Numbered from the stretch's first letter, positions 41,013-52,508 are shown. The stretch is 64,000 nucleotides of DNA from Candidatus Poribacteria bacterium (GCA_963663765.2 CAXXUA010000004.1:704001-768000); one strand, 5' to 3'. Translations and numbers: made by a program. Notes: generated by a model from the letters alone, not told the origin.

Positions 41013-42890
41013 TTACAAAGTGCCTACTTTTTCAGAATTAGCTTCAGTCTCAACCTCATCAATTATATCCAACATATCTTCTGCGTTTATGAATTTTTCA
41101 ATTCTCTTGAAAATTTTTCCTTGACCGTTCAAGAATATCACGACAGGTAATCCACGAATTTGATATTTCTCTGTCAAAACCTTGTCTGTTTCTGTAGTAA
41201 AATCAAGTTTAACTGTGATGTAGTTCTCTAATCTATCAACAACTTCTTGATTTGAAAAAGTCTTATGATCCAACTCATTACATGCACCGCACCATTTTGC
41301 ATAAAAATCCAGCATTACCAGTTTATTTTCCTGACTGGCAGTTTCTAATGCCGTAGGTTCATCATACACCCAATCTAAATGTGGTCCTGCAACGGGTTGC
41401 GCTAACCCTCCAACTATCATGAAAGCTCCCAGAATTGCTAAACCAAGACCAAATGCCTTTCTTACTTGCATCGATTTAGATACACCCCTGATTCGTTGTG
41501 TTAACTTACTAAGGTATAAGCCAACGAGAATAATTACAGCGGCTATTGCAAAAAATGGTATAGAGTTTTGAAGAAATCCTGTTATGGGTGCGAATATCTT
41601 AAGGTCTTTGAGGAAGTAGAGCGCGACCGTAATGATTGCTATTCCAAATATATTTTCCAATATATACATCCAACCACCTGAACGCGGAAGGGAAGAGATC
41701 ATACCAGAGAATGTACCGATGCATATAAACAATAAACCCATACCGAGTGCATAAGTGAACATCAACCAGAAACCAAGCCATAAACTGCTTGTAGTTGCGA
41801 TATATGTCAATACAGCTGCTAAAGCAGGTCCGGTGCAGGGTGCAGCAATGACACCAGCAACCGTTCCCATAGCAAATGCACCAAGAAATCCAGTACCGCC
41901 AACAGTATTAAGTCTGTTCTGCATTGATGATGGCAGCTGAATTTCAAATACACCAAACATAGACAAACCCAGTGCAAAAAGTATGACGCTAATGCTTCCG
42001 ATGACCAACGGATTTGCCATAATTGTTCCGAATACCGCACCTGTTGAAGCGACAGCAATCCCAAGAATAGAATAAGTAAGGATAATACCAAAGACATAAA
42101 CAACAGAAAGCACAAAAGATTTCAACTTACTTGCGGACTCACTTGCACCAAAAATTGAAACCGTAATCGGAATTAAGGGATAAACACACGGAGTCAAACT
42201 TGTTGCTATACCCCCGAAAAAAACCAAAAGCAGTGCAAGCCATGTTCTTCCACCTGAAAGTGCTCCAGCTATCTTACCTTCCTTCTTACCACTATTTAAC
42301 TGTCCATCTTCAAAATTGAGATTTGCAAAAATTGCTTCGTTGGCAGGTATAACAGATTCTTCATTGCTGACAACTTGGATCGGTATCTGTATGTCTTTAG
42401 TTTCAGGTATGAGACACTGTTCGTCGTTACATGCTTGATAGGTTAGTTGTAAATCTAATGTCATTGTCTCTATTGGTGCATTTTTCTGAACTGTTGCAGG
42501 AATAGCAATAGTAATAGTATCGTGATATACTGAAGCTAAACCGATTGAAGCAATTTCAAGCGTGTCTCCAGAGGGATATATCACCTTGTCAAAAGTGAAA
42601 TCAGAAATATCAGGGAGGGTGACTTCAGTTGCAATAAGATTTTCTTTAGTAGGATTAGCGTTTACATGCCATCCCGCTGCGATTTCCACAACAATTGCAA
42701 TTTGGAAATCAGTTCCAGGTTGAACCTTGTCTAATGATAAATATCCTTTAGCAGTCAGTTTTTCAACAGGTTGGTCTTCAGACAAACCCAGTTCTGGAAA
42801 CTGTGCTGAGACATAAATTGGATATATTGTTAAAATAAAGGTTAACAAAAATATCTGCTGAAACTTCTTTAGTCTTCCATGCTTTGACAT
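41013..42890 (-). CDS. dsbD: protein-disulfide reductase DsbD family
   Basis: DsbD-N (QACNDEQC), CcdA TM domain (LTPCVYP, APCTGP), thioredoxin WCGAC. Confidence 0.9.
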   Translation of the reverse strand: MSKHGRLKKFQQIFLLTFILTIYPIYVSAQFPELGLSEDQPVEKLTAKGYLSLDKVQPGTDFQIAIVVEIAAGWHVNANPTKENLIATEVTLPDISDFTFDKVIYPSGDTLEIASIGLASVYHDTITIAIPATVQKNAPIETMTLDLQLTYQACNDEQCLIPETKDIQIPIQVVSNEESVIPANEAIFANLNFEDGQLNSGKKEGKIAGALSGGRTWLALLLVFFGGIATSLTPCVYPLIPITVSIFGASESASKLKSFVLSVVYVFGIILTYSILGIAVASTGAVFGTIMANPLVIGSISVILFALGLSMFGVFEIQLPSSMQNRLNTVGGTGFLGAFAMGTVAGVIAAPCTGPALAAVLTYIATTSSLWLGFWLMFTYALGMGLLFICIGTFSGMISSLPRSGGWMYILENIFGIAIITVALYFLKDLKIFAPITGFLQNSIPFFAIAAVIILVGLYLSKLTQRIRGVSKSMQVRKAFGLGLAILGAFMIVGGLAQPVAGPHLDWVYDEPTALETASQENKLVMLDFYAKWCGACNELDHKTFSNQEVVDRLENYITVKLDFTTETDKVLTEKYQIRGLPVVIFLNGQGKIFKRIEKFINAEDMLDIIDEVETEANSEKVGTL

Positions 42891-42929
42891 AATTAAGTTC
42901 TCCTTGATAGAGACTTATTTTCTGTGAAT

Positions 42930-43250
42930 ATTATACCATTCTTCCGTAGGTCGGGTAGAGGCACGAAACCCGACATGATAGCCACAATCAATACAAATCG
43001 GATGTCGTTACTCTACCCGACCTACGAAAAAAGGCAAATTATAAAGTAGAAATGGTATTATGGTGAAATTTGAAAATTATTTTACATTTCTACAATTTAC
43101 CATATTGGCTGTCATGTAAGTATCCTATTCTTTTCTTTGGTAGGAGCGTCCTCCTGGTCGCGACGGTATTGATACATGTCTCCATACGGTCGCGACCAGG
43201 GGTCGCTCCTACCTGTGCAAGTGTGTAATTAATTCCATAATTTACCATAG
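42930..43250. repeat. nested MITE/REP cluster with GTAG-type hairpins
   Basis: GTAGGTCGGGTAGAG...CTCTACCCGACCTAC; GTAGGAGCG...CGCTCCTAC; 43060-43150 recurs inverted at about 46877-46965. Confidence 0.7.
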
Positions 43251-43288
43251 TATGTATTAACTATTGTCTGAACGAATTAGTTTACACA

Positions 43289-44908
43289 TTATCGCGGTTC
43301 AAGTACGACACAAGGTAGAATCATCTCTTCAAATGAAATACCACCGTGTTGAAAGCTGTTATGAAATAACTCTTTATATGAGTTAAATTGCCTTTCATAT
43401 ACGAAGTAATAATCTCCTTTTGCAATAATATAGTTTTTTTCATTTGACTCATAAGGCAGACGGTATTCTTCAGGATTTTCAACAAGCAACCCTGCGATGG
43501 GATCACACGTAATGTCTTTTCCGTCTTTCGTTCGTAATCCAGATGAGAGTTCATACTGGCTGGAGATTTTTGCAGCGTTCTGACATAAGACTGAACCGTG
43601 ATCAGATGTAATAATTACTGTCATACCCTTTTCTGCAGCGATGTTTATGATTTCGCTAAGTCGTGAATTTCTAAACCAAGTTTGTACAAGTTTGCGAAAC
43701 GCTTCTTCACTGGGGATAAGTTGTTGAAAAAGGGATACATCACTACGAAGATGAGTGAGCATATCAAGGAAATCAACAACAAGTGAAGCAAAACTTACAT
43801 AGTTAGTCTCGGTTAACCATTGTAGGTATTGGATTTCTCCGCGTTCATCAAAAATCTTGAAATAGTGTGGTGTTGGTTTGAGAACTATACCGTGTCTTTC
43901 AAACTGCAAATGCATTAGGTCTTTTTCATACCGATTGATGCTTGTATGGCCATCTTCAGGCTCCGCATATAGTTCTGGATACCGTTCAGACAAATCTCTT
44001 GGAAATAACCCGCTGAAAATAGCATTTCGAGCATAACGTGTTGTCGTTGGTAAAATTGAATAGTAATAGTGTTTAGTCATGTGAAAATCACGGTAAAGAA
44101 CTTGTTCAAATTGCAACCAATGATCCATTCGCATGCAGTCAATTACAATAAAAAGCACAGATTTACCAATCTGAATTTCAGGTAAAACATACTTGTAGAA
44201 GACATCAACTGATAGGGTTGGTGAATTATCTCCCTCAAGCCAATGTGTGTAGTTGTCCTGTATGTAGTTTGCAAAAGCAGAATTTGCCTCCAGTTTTTCT
44301 TTGGTATGAATTTCTTTAAGTTCGCCAACGTTGGTAAGTCCGTCTAATTTGATATCCCATTCTAAAAAGTGCAAATACATCTCTATCCATGTCTGCCAAT
44401 CATATTTAGCATACTGTTCAACCACAGACTGGTTCTGATTGTATTCTAAAGTGACCTGTTTGTTAAAATTCTTTACGTAAGCTTGTGGTGTATATGCTTC
44501 CTGCATTTTCTGTTTTTCAAGCAGGAAAGTAAGCGATGTAACTAACTGTCTGGGACTTGTAGGCATTATTAGGACATCATTAGCCCCATGAAAACTTGCT
44601 TTTTCTATTATTTCTTGACCACCAGTGTTGGACAACAAAATGATGGGTATGTGTGCGTCAACTTTACGGATGTGTGAAAGTATGTCATCAGAACGAGCTG
44701 GCATATCATAATTTAATAGAATGGCGTGAAACTTTAATTCACGACATAAAGCAACCCCATCTTCAATGTTATCTGCAAATGAAACATCAAATCCGTGGTA
44801 TTCTAAAAACTGAATATAGGGTTTCAACTCTGATTTTATATTAGGATTTTCAAGTGACTTTACAGTTGAACTGTTTACCCACAGAATATTCCATCTTGTT
44901 TTTCTCAT
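43289..44908 (-). CDS. PorX-like receiver + PglZ (alkaline phosphatase fold) protein
   Basis: ILWV N-terminus; VIDCMR, ILPTTTRYARNAIFSG, TSDHG, FQHGGIS. Confidence 0.85.
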   Translation of the reverse strand: MRKTRWNILWVNSSTVKSLENPNIKSELKPYIQFLEYHGFDVSFADNIEDGVALCRELKFHAILLNYDMPARSDDILSHIRKVDAHIPIILLSNTGGQEIIEKASFHGANDVLIMPTSPRQLVTSLTFLLEKQKMQEAYTPQAYVKNFNKQVTLEYNQNQSVVEQYAKYDWQTWIEMYLHFLEWDIKLDGLTNVGELKEIHTKEKLEANSAFANYIQDNYTHWLEGDNSPTLSVDVFYKYVLPEIQIGKSVLFIVIDCMRMDHWLQFEQVLYRDFHMTKHYYYSILPTTTRYARNAIFSGLFPRDLSERYPELYAEPEDGHTSINRYEKDLMHLQFERHGIVLKPTPHYFKIFDERGEIQYLQWLTETNYVSFASLVVDFLDMLTHLRSDVSLFQQLIPSEEAFRKLVQTWFRNSRLSEIINIAAEKGMTVIITSDHGSVLCQNAAKISSQYELSSGLRTKDGKDITCDPIAGLLVENPEEYRLPYESNEKNYIIAKGDYYFVYERQFNSYKELFHNSFQHGGISFEEMILPCVVLEPR

Positions 44909-45202
44909 GTTTTTACCCTCCCATAGAATCTATACGGTATCAATCTTTAGGTCTGGTAAATCAACGCTTATGATACTTTATACCAATTCTAATTAATTTT
45001 GACTCATTAAGGAATTCCACTGTTGTTGCTGCTTAGAGGTAACTCCAACCATATCTTTGCAGTAAATGAGAAATTATAAAATTAGAAATGGTATAATATA
45101 GTAGTGGTTCCCTCAACATCTGTATTAGAAATTGGAACGTTTCGCAGTATACGGATACAATTTAAAGACAAGTGAGTTAAAGGTTGGAACGAGTTAATCA
45201 GT

Positions 45203-46513
45203 TTAGATATTTGATACGAATCGTCCAGGATTAAGTATATTGTTTGCATCAAATTGAGATTTGATCTGTTTCATGATGTAAAGAGTCTTGCCGATTGACC
45301 CCCAAGCATCTATTAGTCTTTTTAATCCTATCGGTGCGGACTCAATAATCAAGTTACCACCCATTTTTATAGCACTTTCTCGTAGTTGGCTTAGCCTGTT
45401 TGAAATATGATTATAATCAGAATTAGTATCTAAATGTATTTTGAGATACAGAACACCATTACCCAACAAAACCATCATCTCATCGTTATCTCTAATTGCA
45501 AGTTCAACAAATTTGATAATATCTGTTCGTTTTAGGTTTAACTTTACAAACACAGTATGATCACTCTGATCTACTGATGGATACTCTTGAAGTATGTTTT
45601 TAACCTTCTGATATGATTCCGATTCAACCTTTTTCACACTTATATTTTTACTTTGTTGCAGTAATGTTTGAACAAAACGGACTTGCCATCTGACAGTATC
45701 AGGATCACCAGCAAATCCAATTACGAGTGTTGGCTTCTTTTCTGTCAACCCATTTAATTTGAAATTAAACAGCATGTTTACAAACATAGGCAATGATTGT
45801 GAACTAACAACATTTAATCCTGCTATAGCAGCGTCATGCATACTGTGAAACTGCACTACGACGATCTCTTGATGTAATGGAAGTGGAGATAATTTAAGCG
45901 ATATATCGGTGATAATTCCAAGCGTGCCAAAGGATCCAATATAGAGTTTATTGAGATCATAACCTGCTACATTTTTTACAACTTTACCACCACTCTTGAC
46001 GAATTTACCATCAGCATGAACCACATGCAACCCCAATACAAGGTTTCTTGCCGTTCCGTATCTTAGACGCAGTGGACCGCTTGTATTCGTAGCAACGATT
46101 CCTCCTATAGTACATCTGTCTGCATAAGGAGGATCAATAGGTAAAAACTGCCTGTGTGTTGATAACGTATCTTGTAAGTCTTTTAATAGTAATCCAGCTT
46201 CAACAGTAACAGTCAAATCCGCGGGTTCATATTCTATTACTTTATTCAGACGTTTTGTTGAAAGGACAATATCCGGACTCTGTGCAAAGTTCCCAATTCC
46301 AAGTTTTGTTCCTGAACCTGCAGGTAATACTGTCAAGTTGTTTTTTGATGCATATCGTAGAATATTTTGAATGTCCTCAACTGTTTCAGGTTCAACAACT
46401 ACTTGAGGAACACAGTTATCATAGTTATAGTCACTAACTATGGAATCTGATATACAATTGTTTTCTCCAACAATCTGTTTTAGTTCATAGCCTAATGTTT
46501 CTGTGTTTTCCAT
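45203..46513 (-). CDS. glcE: FAD-binding oxidoreductase, glycolate oxidase subunit GlcE-like
   Basis: YEPADLTVTVEAG, GGKVVKNVAGYDL, GSFGTLG, FDANNILNPGRF. Confidence 0.82.
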   Translation of the reverse strand: MENTETLGYELKQIVGENNCISDSIVSDYNYDNCVPQVVVEPETVEDIQNILRYASKNNLTVLPAGSGTKLGIGNFAQSPDIVLSTKRLNKVIEYEPADLTVTVEAGLLLKDLQDTLSTHRQFLPIDPPYADRCTIGGIVATNTSGPLRLRYGTARNLVLGLHVVHADGKFVKSGGKVVKNVAGYDLNKLYIGSFGTLGIITDISLKLSPLPLHQEIVVVQFHSMHDAAIAGLNVVSSQSLPMFVNMLFNFKLNGLTEKKPTLVIGFAGDPDTVRWQVRFVQTLLQQSKNISVKKVESESYQKVKNILQEYPSVDQSDHTVFVKLNLKRTDIIKFVELAIRDNDEMMVLLGNGVLYLKIHLDTNSDYNHISNRLSQLRESAIKMGGNLIIESAPIGLKRLIDAWGSIGKTLYIMKQIKSQFDANNILNPGRFVSNI

Positions 46514-47247
46514 TTAACACTTTGCCTTTCATAAGGTTGAAACATAACGTCTGATTAACAAGGTGTTTTATAGTTACTACTTGGTCTTACTACACCACTT
46601 ATTTATAGACATAGTAAGACGAATTTCAATAAAATTCAATGCATACACGTTATTATAATGTGGACAATTTCAGTCTGTTTATAGTATATCATTAAACCAC
46701 TGTGAATTCAAAAAGATTAACGAACAAACAGGGTTATTTAGTTTTCCTCTTATATTCGGTAGGAACGACCCAGTGAATGCCATTGGGCAAATGCGCGTAT
46801 GGCATTCGCCATGATTCATACCATTGATTTAATAGTCACGACCGTTCCCTGTGTTGGTAGGAACGACCAGAAGGTCGCTCCTACTGAATAAAAGAATAGA
46901 ATCCTTACATGACAGTAATTATGGTAAATTGTAGAAATGTAAACTTATTTTCAAATTTAACCATAAATAGATTGTAATTATATCAAAATCTTGAATTATA
47001 GTTGTGATATAAATATACAGGGTTATTTAGATTTACTGAAAGTTAATACACGGGTTCGGTTTCCTAACCGAACTTTATGCATCAATTTTAGATTATTGAA
47101 ACATGAACATCGCTCTTTAGTGGTTTTCTTGCTATGTATTTATAATATGTTTCCATTGATGATCTCCTACTTAAACGGATGACTACTGGATTCTTCAGCA
47201 ATAGACTTTTATTTTATGCTAAAATTAATTGCCGAAAGAACCACTAA

Positions 47248-47386
47248 ATGGTTTACTCGCTAAACATTTATTATGAACACAACTTAGTAATAGATTCAAA
47301 AGCCTCCTACCCCCGCTTGCAGGGGATAAAGTGGGGTTGGATTTAGGGAATTCAAAACACAATAACTTAGCGAGTCAACCACTAAA
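47248..47386. mobile_element. about 140-bp MITE-like repeat, related copy at about 53808-53956
   Basis: TGGTTTACTCGCTAA ... TTAGCGAGTCAACCA inverted ends and similar interiors at both sites. Confidence 0.6.
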
Positions 47387-47664
47387 GAACTGGACAAGAT
47401 GGCACTCCATAAAATTAACGACATAGCAAAATAAAATCAAAAATATTGAAAACTAAATAACCCTGTTACTTTCCAAAGGAGTTCTCACCTTATGGAAAAT
47501 CTATGGTTTCAGTATTGAAAATGTAGTTACTTTATTTTATTTGATGGTTTTTCAATGACTGCAAATCTTGTATAGCCATTTTCGGAGTTGCGATAATCCA
47601 CAGTTTCCCATTTCATGTATACATCATGCATTCTCATGATAACATAATCTGTATTTTTACTATT

Positions 47665-48755
47665 CAGGACTTACGCAGTCTCAAAGATTATCGATGGATT
47701 TGAGAGTTGATATCGCATATAATCATCCAATAAACTTTGTTTAAGTTCATAAATTGTTTTGCCAAGTTTACGCGCAACACGTTTCAAACAGACCCATATT
47801 TGAAAACAACAGGCAATATGATTTCTTTGGGCACGCAACTTGCGACATTGACATTTGCCAATACCCGTGACTTGTTTGATCTCACGATGGAGTTGTTCAA
47901 TCTTCCAACGTATACGACATTCTTGGTGTGCCGCATCCGCATCCGATTGAGATAAATCGTTTGTCACAATATATTCCGTGCGCCCGGTAGAGGAGGCTAT
48001 CCGGAACAACTTGACTTGATACCCTTTTGGAAACTTCTTGATGTGCACGCTTTTCCCTTGCCGGATTTCTGTCCGGGTCCAAGATAGGTCTTGGACTTGT
48101 TGGTGCGGTTGCTCGCCATCCGTATCGTTTACAAGACGATTTCGTTTCAGGGGCACGTAGTAAATCTTAGAAAGTTTTTCAATCGCTTTCATAACTTGCA
48201 TGGAGGCATACCAAGTATCCATTAGCACCGTCCGAAACGGTATCTGTTTTTTAGAGTAAGCGTTGTGCAACATTTCCAGTAAATGGTCTATTTTGGTTTT
48301 ACCATCATGATCTATGTCATAAATACGGTAATCAATAATCCAATACTCTTCTGTCTTTGGATTGACATAGATACACGTCACAATACCAATGCCTTTAACG
48401 ACTTTTTTGTCGCTACCACTCCACTGAGAACGGAGGACCTCAATCTCTTTCGCATAGAGTTTAGGTAGCACAACATCGTCAAAAACAATGTAGCCATCAT
48501 CATCAAACTCAATGTCGTTTTTGACCGAGTTCCAAAGTTCATTCGCGGGGATGTTTTCACCGCTCAGAAACCGATTGATTTGATCGTGGCTCCACTTATC
48601 AGTATGGTCTGCCATATAGGTTTGTGTAAAGTTTGTAAAACTTGATAACAAAAATTGACAATAATCTGAATATAAACTTTGTTTCTTTTCGGAAAGTGTA
48701 AATGTAATCATAATGGAATAGTATAGCACAAATCTATTATAGTGCGTAAGTCCTG
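47665..48755 (-). mobile_element. IS701-family insertion sequence with 5-bp target duplication
   Basis: TIRs CAGGACTTACGCA / TGCGTAAGTCCTG; CTATT at 47660-47664 and 48756-48760. Confidence 0.9.
47671..48729 (-). CDS. IS701-family transposase
   Basis: YCQFLLSS, SHDQINRFL, VFDDVVL, LMDTWY, RWKIEQLHREIKQ, CQCRK.RAQRNH. Confidence 0.9.
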   Translation of the reverse strand: MLYYSIMITFTLSEKKQSLYSDYCQFLLSSFTNFTQTYMADHTDKWSHDQINRFLSGENIPANELWNSVKNDIEFDDDGYIVFDDVVLPKLYAKEIEVLRSQWSGSDKKVVKGIGIVTCIYVNPKTEEYWIIDYRIYDIDHDGKTKIDHLLEMLHNAYSKKQIPFRTVLMDTWYASMQVMKAIEKLSKIYYVPLKRNRLVNDTDGEQPHQQVQDLSWTRTEIRQGKSVHIKKFPKGYQVKLFRIASSTGRTEYIVTNDLSQSDADAAHQECRIRWKIEQLHREIKQVTGIGKCQCRKLRAQRNHIACCFQIWVCLKRVARKLGKTIYELKQSLLDDYMRYQLSNPSIIFETA

Positions 48756-50112
48756 CTATTTAAACTTTGTTTCCATGTTCTATTAAAACCAAACAGTCTT
48801 TGAAAAAAATGTTCTCTACGGTAGAACTTATCCAAGTTCCAGTTCTGATATCTGAATCGCTCACCAGAGTCCCATTTCCATTTGCCTTCTTTTTCAACAT
48901 CCGTCAAGCCTATCCAGTATTCGCTGTGACCAAAGACAGCCTCAAGCCATTTCTGTTCTGATTCATTTGTAATTGTAACAAGATAAGCATTCTCGAGAGA
49001 TGCTTTCTCTACTGCATCTTCTCTACTGCTGCAAATTATCCGTTTATACAAGTTTCCATTTTCTGGATTCAGAATCCATACACCTTCTATTGGAAATATA
49101 AATCTTGAATGTTTGTGTTCATCTCTCTGGTTTTTCTCTTGTTTTTCATTCAACCCTGTTGAATTCCCATTGAGAGATAACTGGATAATATCAGTAGACT
49201 TATCACCTGAAAGCAAAACAGGCTTAAAATTACCTGCAAGCAGGAAAGGTTCAGAGTTACCTGAAAGTCCACGATGGTTAACTGAGAATGCAAATATCCC
49301 TGGAGCGTAGAAGCTATATTCAAATATTCCGTTTTCATCTGTTTGGACATGAACAGGATGATTATACGGATGACGGTTGACAGCATAACGGTTTAGTTCA
49401 GCAAACTCAACTATAACAGAGGCATTTGATAGTGGTTCACCATTATCAAAAACAATTCTCACACGAATCACTAATGGATTCTCCATAGTTGCCATGAGGT
49501 GCACATTCTCCATAATTGATCCAGGTTTTATGGTGAATGTTACCGCACCAAAAGATGGAAAGAATGAGTATTGATGTGGAATAATTGTAGCTTGAGCGAA
49601 TTTTATTGAGTGGATTCTTGGTAGGTGTTTATACTTCCTTTTTGTTGATTCTGTAGGTGTTGTATCATTCTCAGGTGGTGTTTCTGGTAGAACTAAAATT
49701 TGTACTACACCTGGAGTTATGTTGTTAAATCTGAACTTACCTTCAGAATCGGATTTAGCTTCAAGATAGAGTGGACGTTTTTTCTTGGACAAACCATTTT
49801 GTTTCTTGATAACATTTGATGGTGGGTGTTGAAGAATGTAGAATGGATATGTCTTGATGTCGTAAATTGGATCAATTGTTCTGCTAAGTATGTTGATTTC
49901 AACAGCAAGTAGGATAACGGTTGCATCAGCAATTGGTTCCCCTTTGAGATCTGTTATGACTCCTGACAGACTTGATGTTTCTTCATCTGTGTTTCCATAG
50001 AATGTTATACCGAATGTAAATATAAGAGCGAGTGCAAACAACAGAATGAATTGCTTTTTTGAATTGAATGTAATCATTATGTGTCCCTTTTATGTTAGGT
50101 TACGACTTTTTT

Positions 50113-52209
50113 CTACTTCTTGATCTTTATATCCTCTTTTTCCAGAATAGCGTTCTTAACAAGAGGCAGGAATTTATTCTTGGAACCCAATATCATCCAT
50201 CTTTTTGAAAAGAAATCAAGTGCAACAGGTGTGTTTGCTTCGTTAGCAGTATAATTTTTCCTGAGCCAATTCGTGTAAGTCAGTGGATCTCCGTTTTGCC
50301 ATTTTTGGAATGCTCCTTCATACGTAGAACGTAAACCTATCCAAAAAAATCTTCTATCAGTAAAACGAGATTCCAACCATTTTTGTTCAGCTTCATCATT
50401 TATGGTAACGAGGTAAGCTTTTTCTGCATCTGCTTTGGTTTTGGCATCATCCCAACTATCACATTGAATTCTTCTGTAAGCGTGACCATTTTCAGGATTT
50501 ATAGACCATTTTGCTTGAAGAACTTTCAAATACTCCTGACGTTTTTTCTTCTGTTTCTCTATTCCTCTCAGTTTGAAAACAAGCTTATCGTCCCATAGTC
50601 CTTTTTCCAAACGGAACCATCTTGATTTCGCTGTTGCGCCAAGATATTCAACATTAACTGCAAACTCAGTTTTCGGTTGTGGTATATTTCTAAGATCTTC
50701 TACGAAGTAACCTTGAGAATCTGTTGTAGTTTGTGCATCTGATTTAGTCATCATTGAACTATTAGTAAAAAAGTAAAAAGATGTTTCACGCACGCGTTCC
50801 TTTATTGTTAAGATTACTTGAGCATTGGCAAGTGGTGAACCATCCCTTTGAAGTATCATTCCCCTAATCCGTCTGAGTGGAGGCTTCACTGTTACAACGA
50901 TGTTCTCAAGAGGTGTACGCTCCTCAACGACAAAGGTTAGTTTACCAAACCAGTCTGGTTTATACGATTGGCTGCCAGGAGGAAATAAAGTGACAAGTCC
51001 AATGTTAAGTGATGCGATAGAATAATCTGCACCTCCTTCTGGTAGTAAAACGAATTGTGATTTTCCAGGACTGATGTTGGTAAAAGTAAAAGCACCCTGT
51101 TTATCGGTTGTTACCTGATTCCATTCAGATAATGGTATAGGTTGGTTATCTTGGTTAGGTTCTAAAGGTTTAATGGTTAGTGTAAGTCCTGGAACAACTT
51201 TGCTATTGCTGTCAATGACTCTACCTGAGATAGATGTTGCCCCCTCTTGAGATATAGTCTCGACTTGTGCAATATTGTCTGCATCGGTCTGTGATGCATC
51301 TGCAGTTGGTGCATTTGGACTGTTAACTGCATTAATGTCTTTTGCTTGAGGATCTGGTCGTCCCATTTGGTTTCGAATCGCCGGTTTCTCAGTAGAATCA
51401 ATCACTTGTCTTGCATCTGTTATTTCAATCGTCCGTTCAGATTCTGCGTCAATACTGTATGGCTCTTGAAAATGGATTAGTTGTTTTGCCCCAACACTGA
51501 TCAATAGTAATACGATAATTGCTGCTGCTGAAGAAACTATCCACGGCATTACCGGTTTACTTGTTGAAGGAGCTGCCGGAGATAAGTTGGAGATTTTTTG
51601 CATGATATTCTCAGATAACTCTTGTGGTAATTCGAAACTGCCGAAGTTTTCCTGAATAAGTGCTTCTTCACCTTTGAGGCGATTCCGTGCGCGATGTAGA
51701 CGAATCTTGACAGTATTTGTTGATACACCAAGGAATTCACCGATCTCTTCACACGATAAGCCTGCAAGGTAATGCATCGTTATCACCGTACGATCACTTT
51801 CTTTTAGTCTACTAAGCAGTTTTCTAACTACTGACCTTTGATTCTCCTTTCTCTGCTCTTCGCGTTCTTGTATCTTATATTCAGTATAATACACCTCTTC
51901 CAACTCCATAGGATTGGTTTGTTCTAAGGATTCTAACTGCGGCTTTTTCTTACGGTGCCACATTTTGCAGATATTGGTCGTAATGACATATAACCAACCA
52001 GAGAAACGGTGGGGGTGTTTTAAACTGCTGAGTTTCTGATATGCAGTAATAAAGGCATCTTGTGTTATCTCTTCTGCAGTATGGAAATCACCAATCTTCT
52101 GCCATGCAAGCGTATGTATCTGTTCTTGATATTTTTCCACAAGCAATGCAAACGCTTGTTGATCCCCTGCAAGTGTTTGTTTGACCAGTTCAGAATCACT
52201 TTGTTTCAT
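50113..52209 (-). CDS. ECF sigma factor with TM helix and extracytoplasmic beta-sandwich + C-type lectin domains
   Basis: Sigma2 (AEEITQDAF, FSGWLY), sigma4 (GLSCEEIG...TVKIRLHRAR), TM WIVSSAAAIIVLLLISVG, lectin FFWIGL...WQNGDPLTYTNW; GAGGTG RBS before ATG 52209. Confidence 0.9.
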   Translation of the reverse strand: MKQSDSELVKQTLAGDQQAFALLVEKYQEQIHTLAWQKIGDFHTAEEITQDAFITAYQKLSSLKHPHRFSGWLYVITTNICKMWHRKKKPQLESLEQTNPMELEEVYYTEYKIQEREEQRKENQRSVVRKLLSRLKESDRTVITMHYLAGLSCEEIGEFLGVSTNTVKIRLHRARNRLKGEEALIQENFGSFELPQELSENIMQKISNLSPAAPSTSKPVMPWIVSSAAAIIVLLLISVGAKQLIHFQEPYSIDAESERTIEITDARQVIDSTEKPAIRNQMGRPDPQAKDINAVNSPNAPTADASQTDADNIAQVETISQEGATSISGRVIDSNSKVVPGLTLTIKPLEPNQDNQPIPLSEWNQVTTDKQGAFTFTNISPGKSQFVLLPEGGADYSIASLNIGLVTLFPPGSQSYKPDWFGKLTFVVEERTPLENIVVTVKPPLRRIRGMILQRDGSPLANAQVILTIKERVRETSFYFFTNSSMMTKSDAQTTTDSQGYFVEDLRNIPQPKTEFAVNVEYLGATAKSRWFRLEKGLWDDKLVFKLRGIEKQKKKRQEYLKVLQAKWSINPENGHAYRRIQCDSWDDAKTKADAEKAYLVTINDEAEQKWLESRFTDRRFFWIGLRSTYEGAFQKWQNGDPLTYTNWLRKNYTANEANTPVALDFFSKRWMILGSKNKFLPLVKNAILEKEDIKIKK

Positions 52210-52245
52210 GTTGCACCTCACAATCTTTGTCTTCTTTTAACATAA

Positions 52246-52273
52246 AGATGCTATTTGGATATAGAAGGTTTCA
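52246..52273 (-). promoter_or_regulatory. candidate ECF autoregulatory promoter
   Basis: Minus strand TGAAACC-N15-GCATCT upstream of the sigma gene. Confidence 0.35.
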
Positions 52274-52508
52274 CTTTTGTATTATTTTCAAAAGATATTT
52301 ACATCTGGATCAGATTTATGATAAGAATAGCATAGAAATTAATAACTGACAAAACAAATCAATATCTGTACTTCTCTGAGGAGTGTGCATAAAGAAAAGC
52401 AATCTCAAATATGGTCTTAAAAGTTGTAGGCACGCTCCGCGTGCCGTCCACAAGATCAAAGCATCTCAATAGATTATACTAACACAACGAGGACAATTCC
52501 ATATAAAG

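Larger units (their letters stand above)
47527..50077 (-). pseudogene. secreted carboxypeptidase-regulatory-like + C-type lectin domain protein, split by IS701
   Basis: Signal peptide; YLVTITNESEQKWL...YWIGLTD...WKWDSGE; the frame resumes past the IS as NSKNTDYVIM...KWETV...FAVIEKPSNKIK*. Confidence 0.85.
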
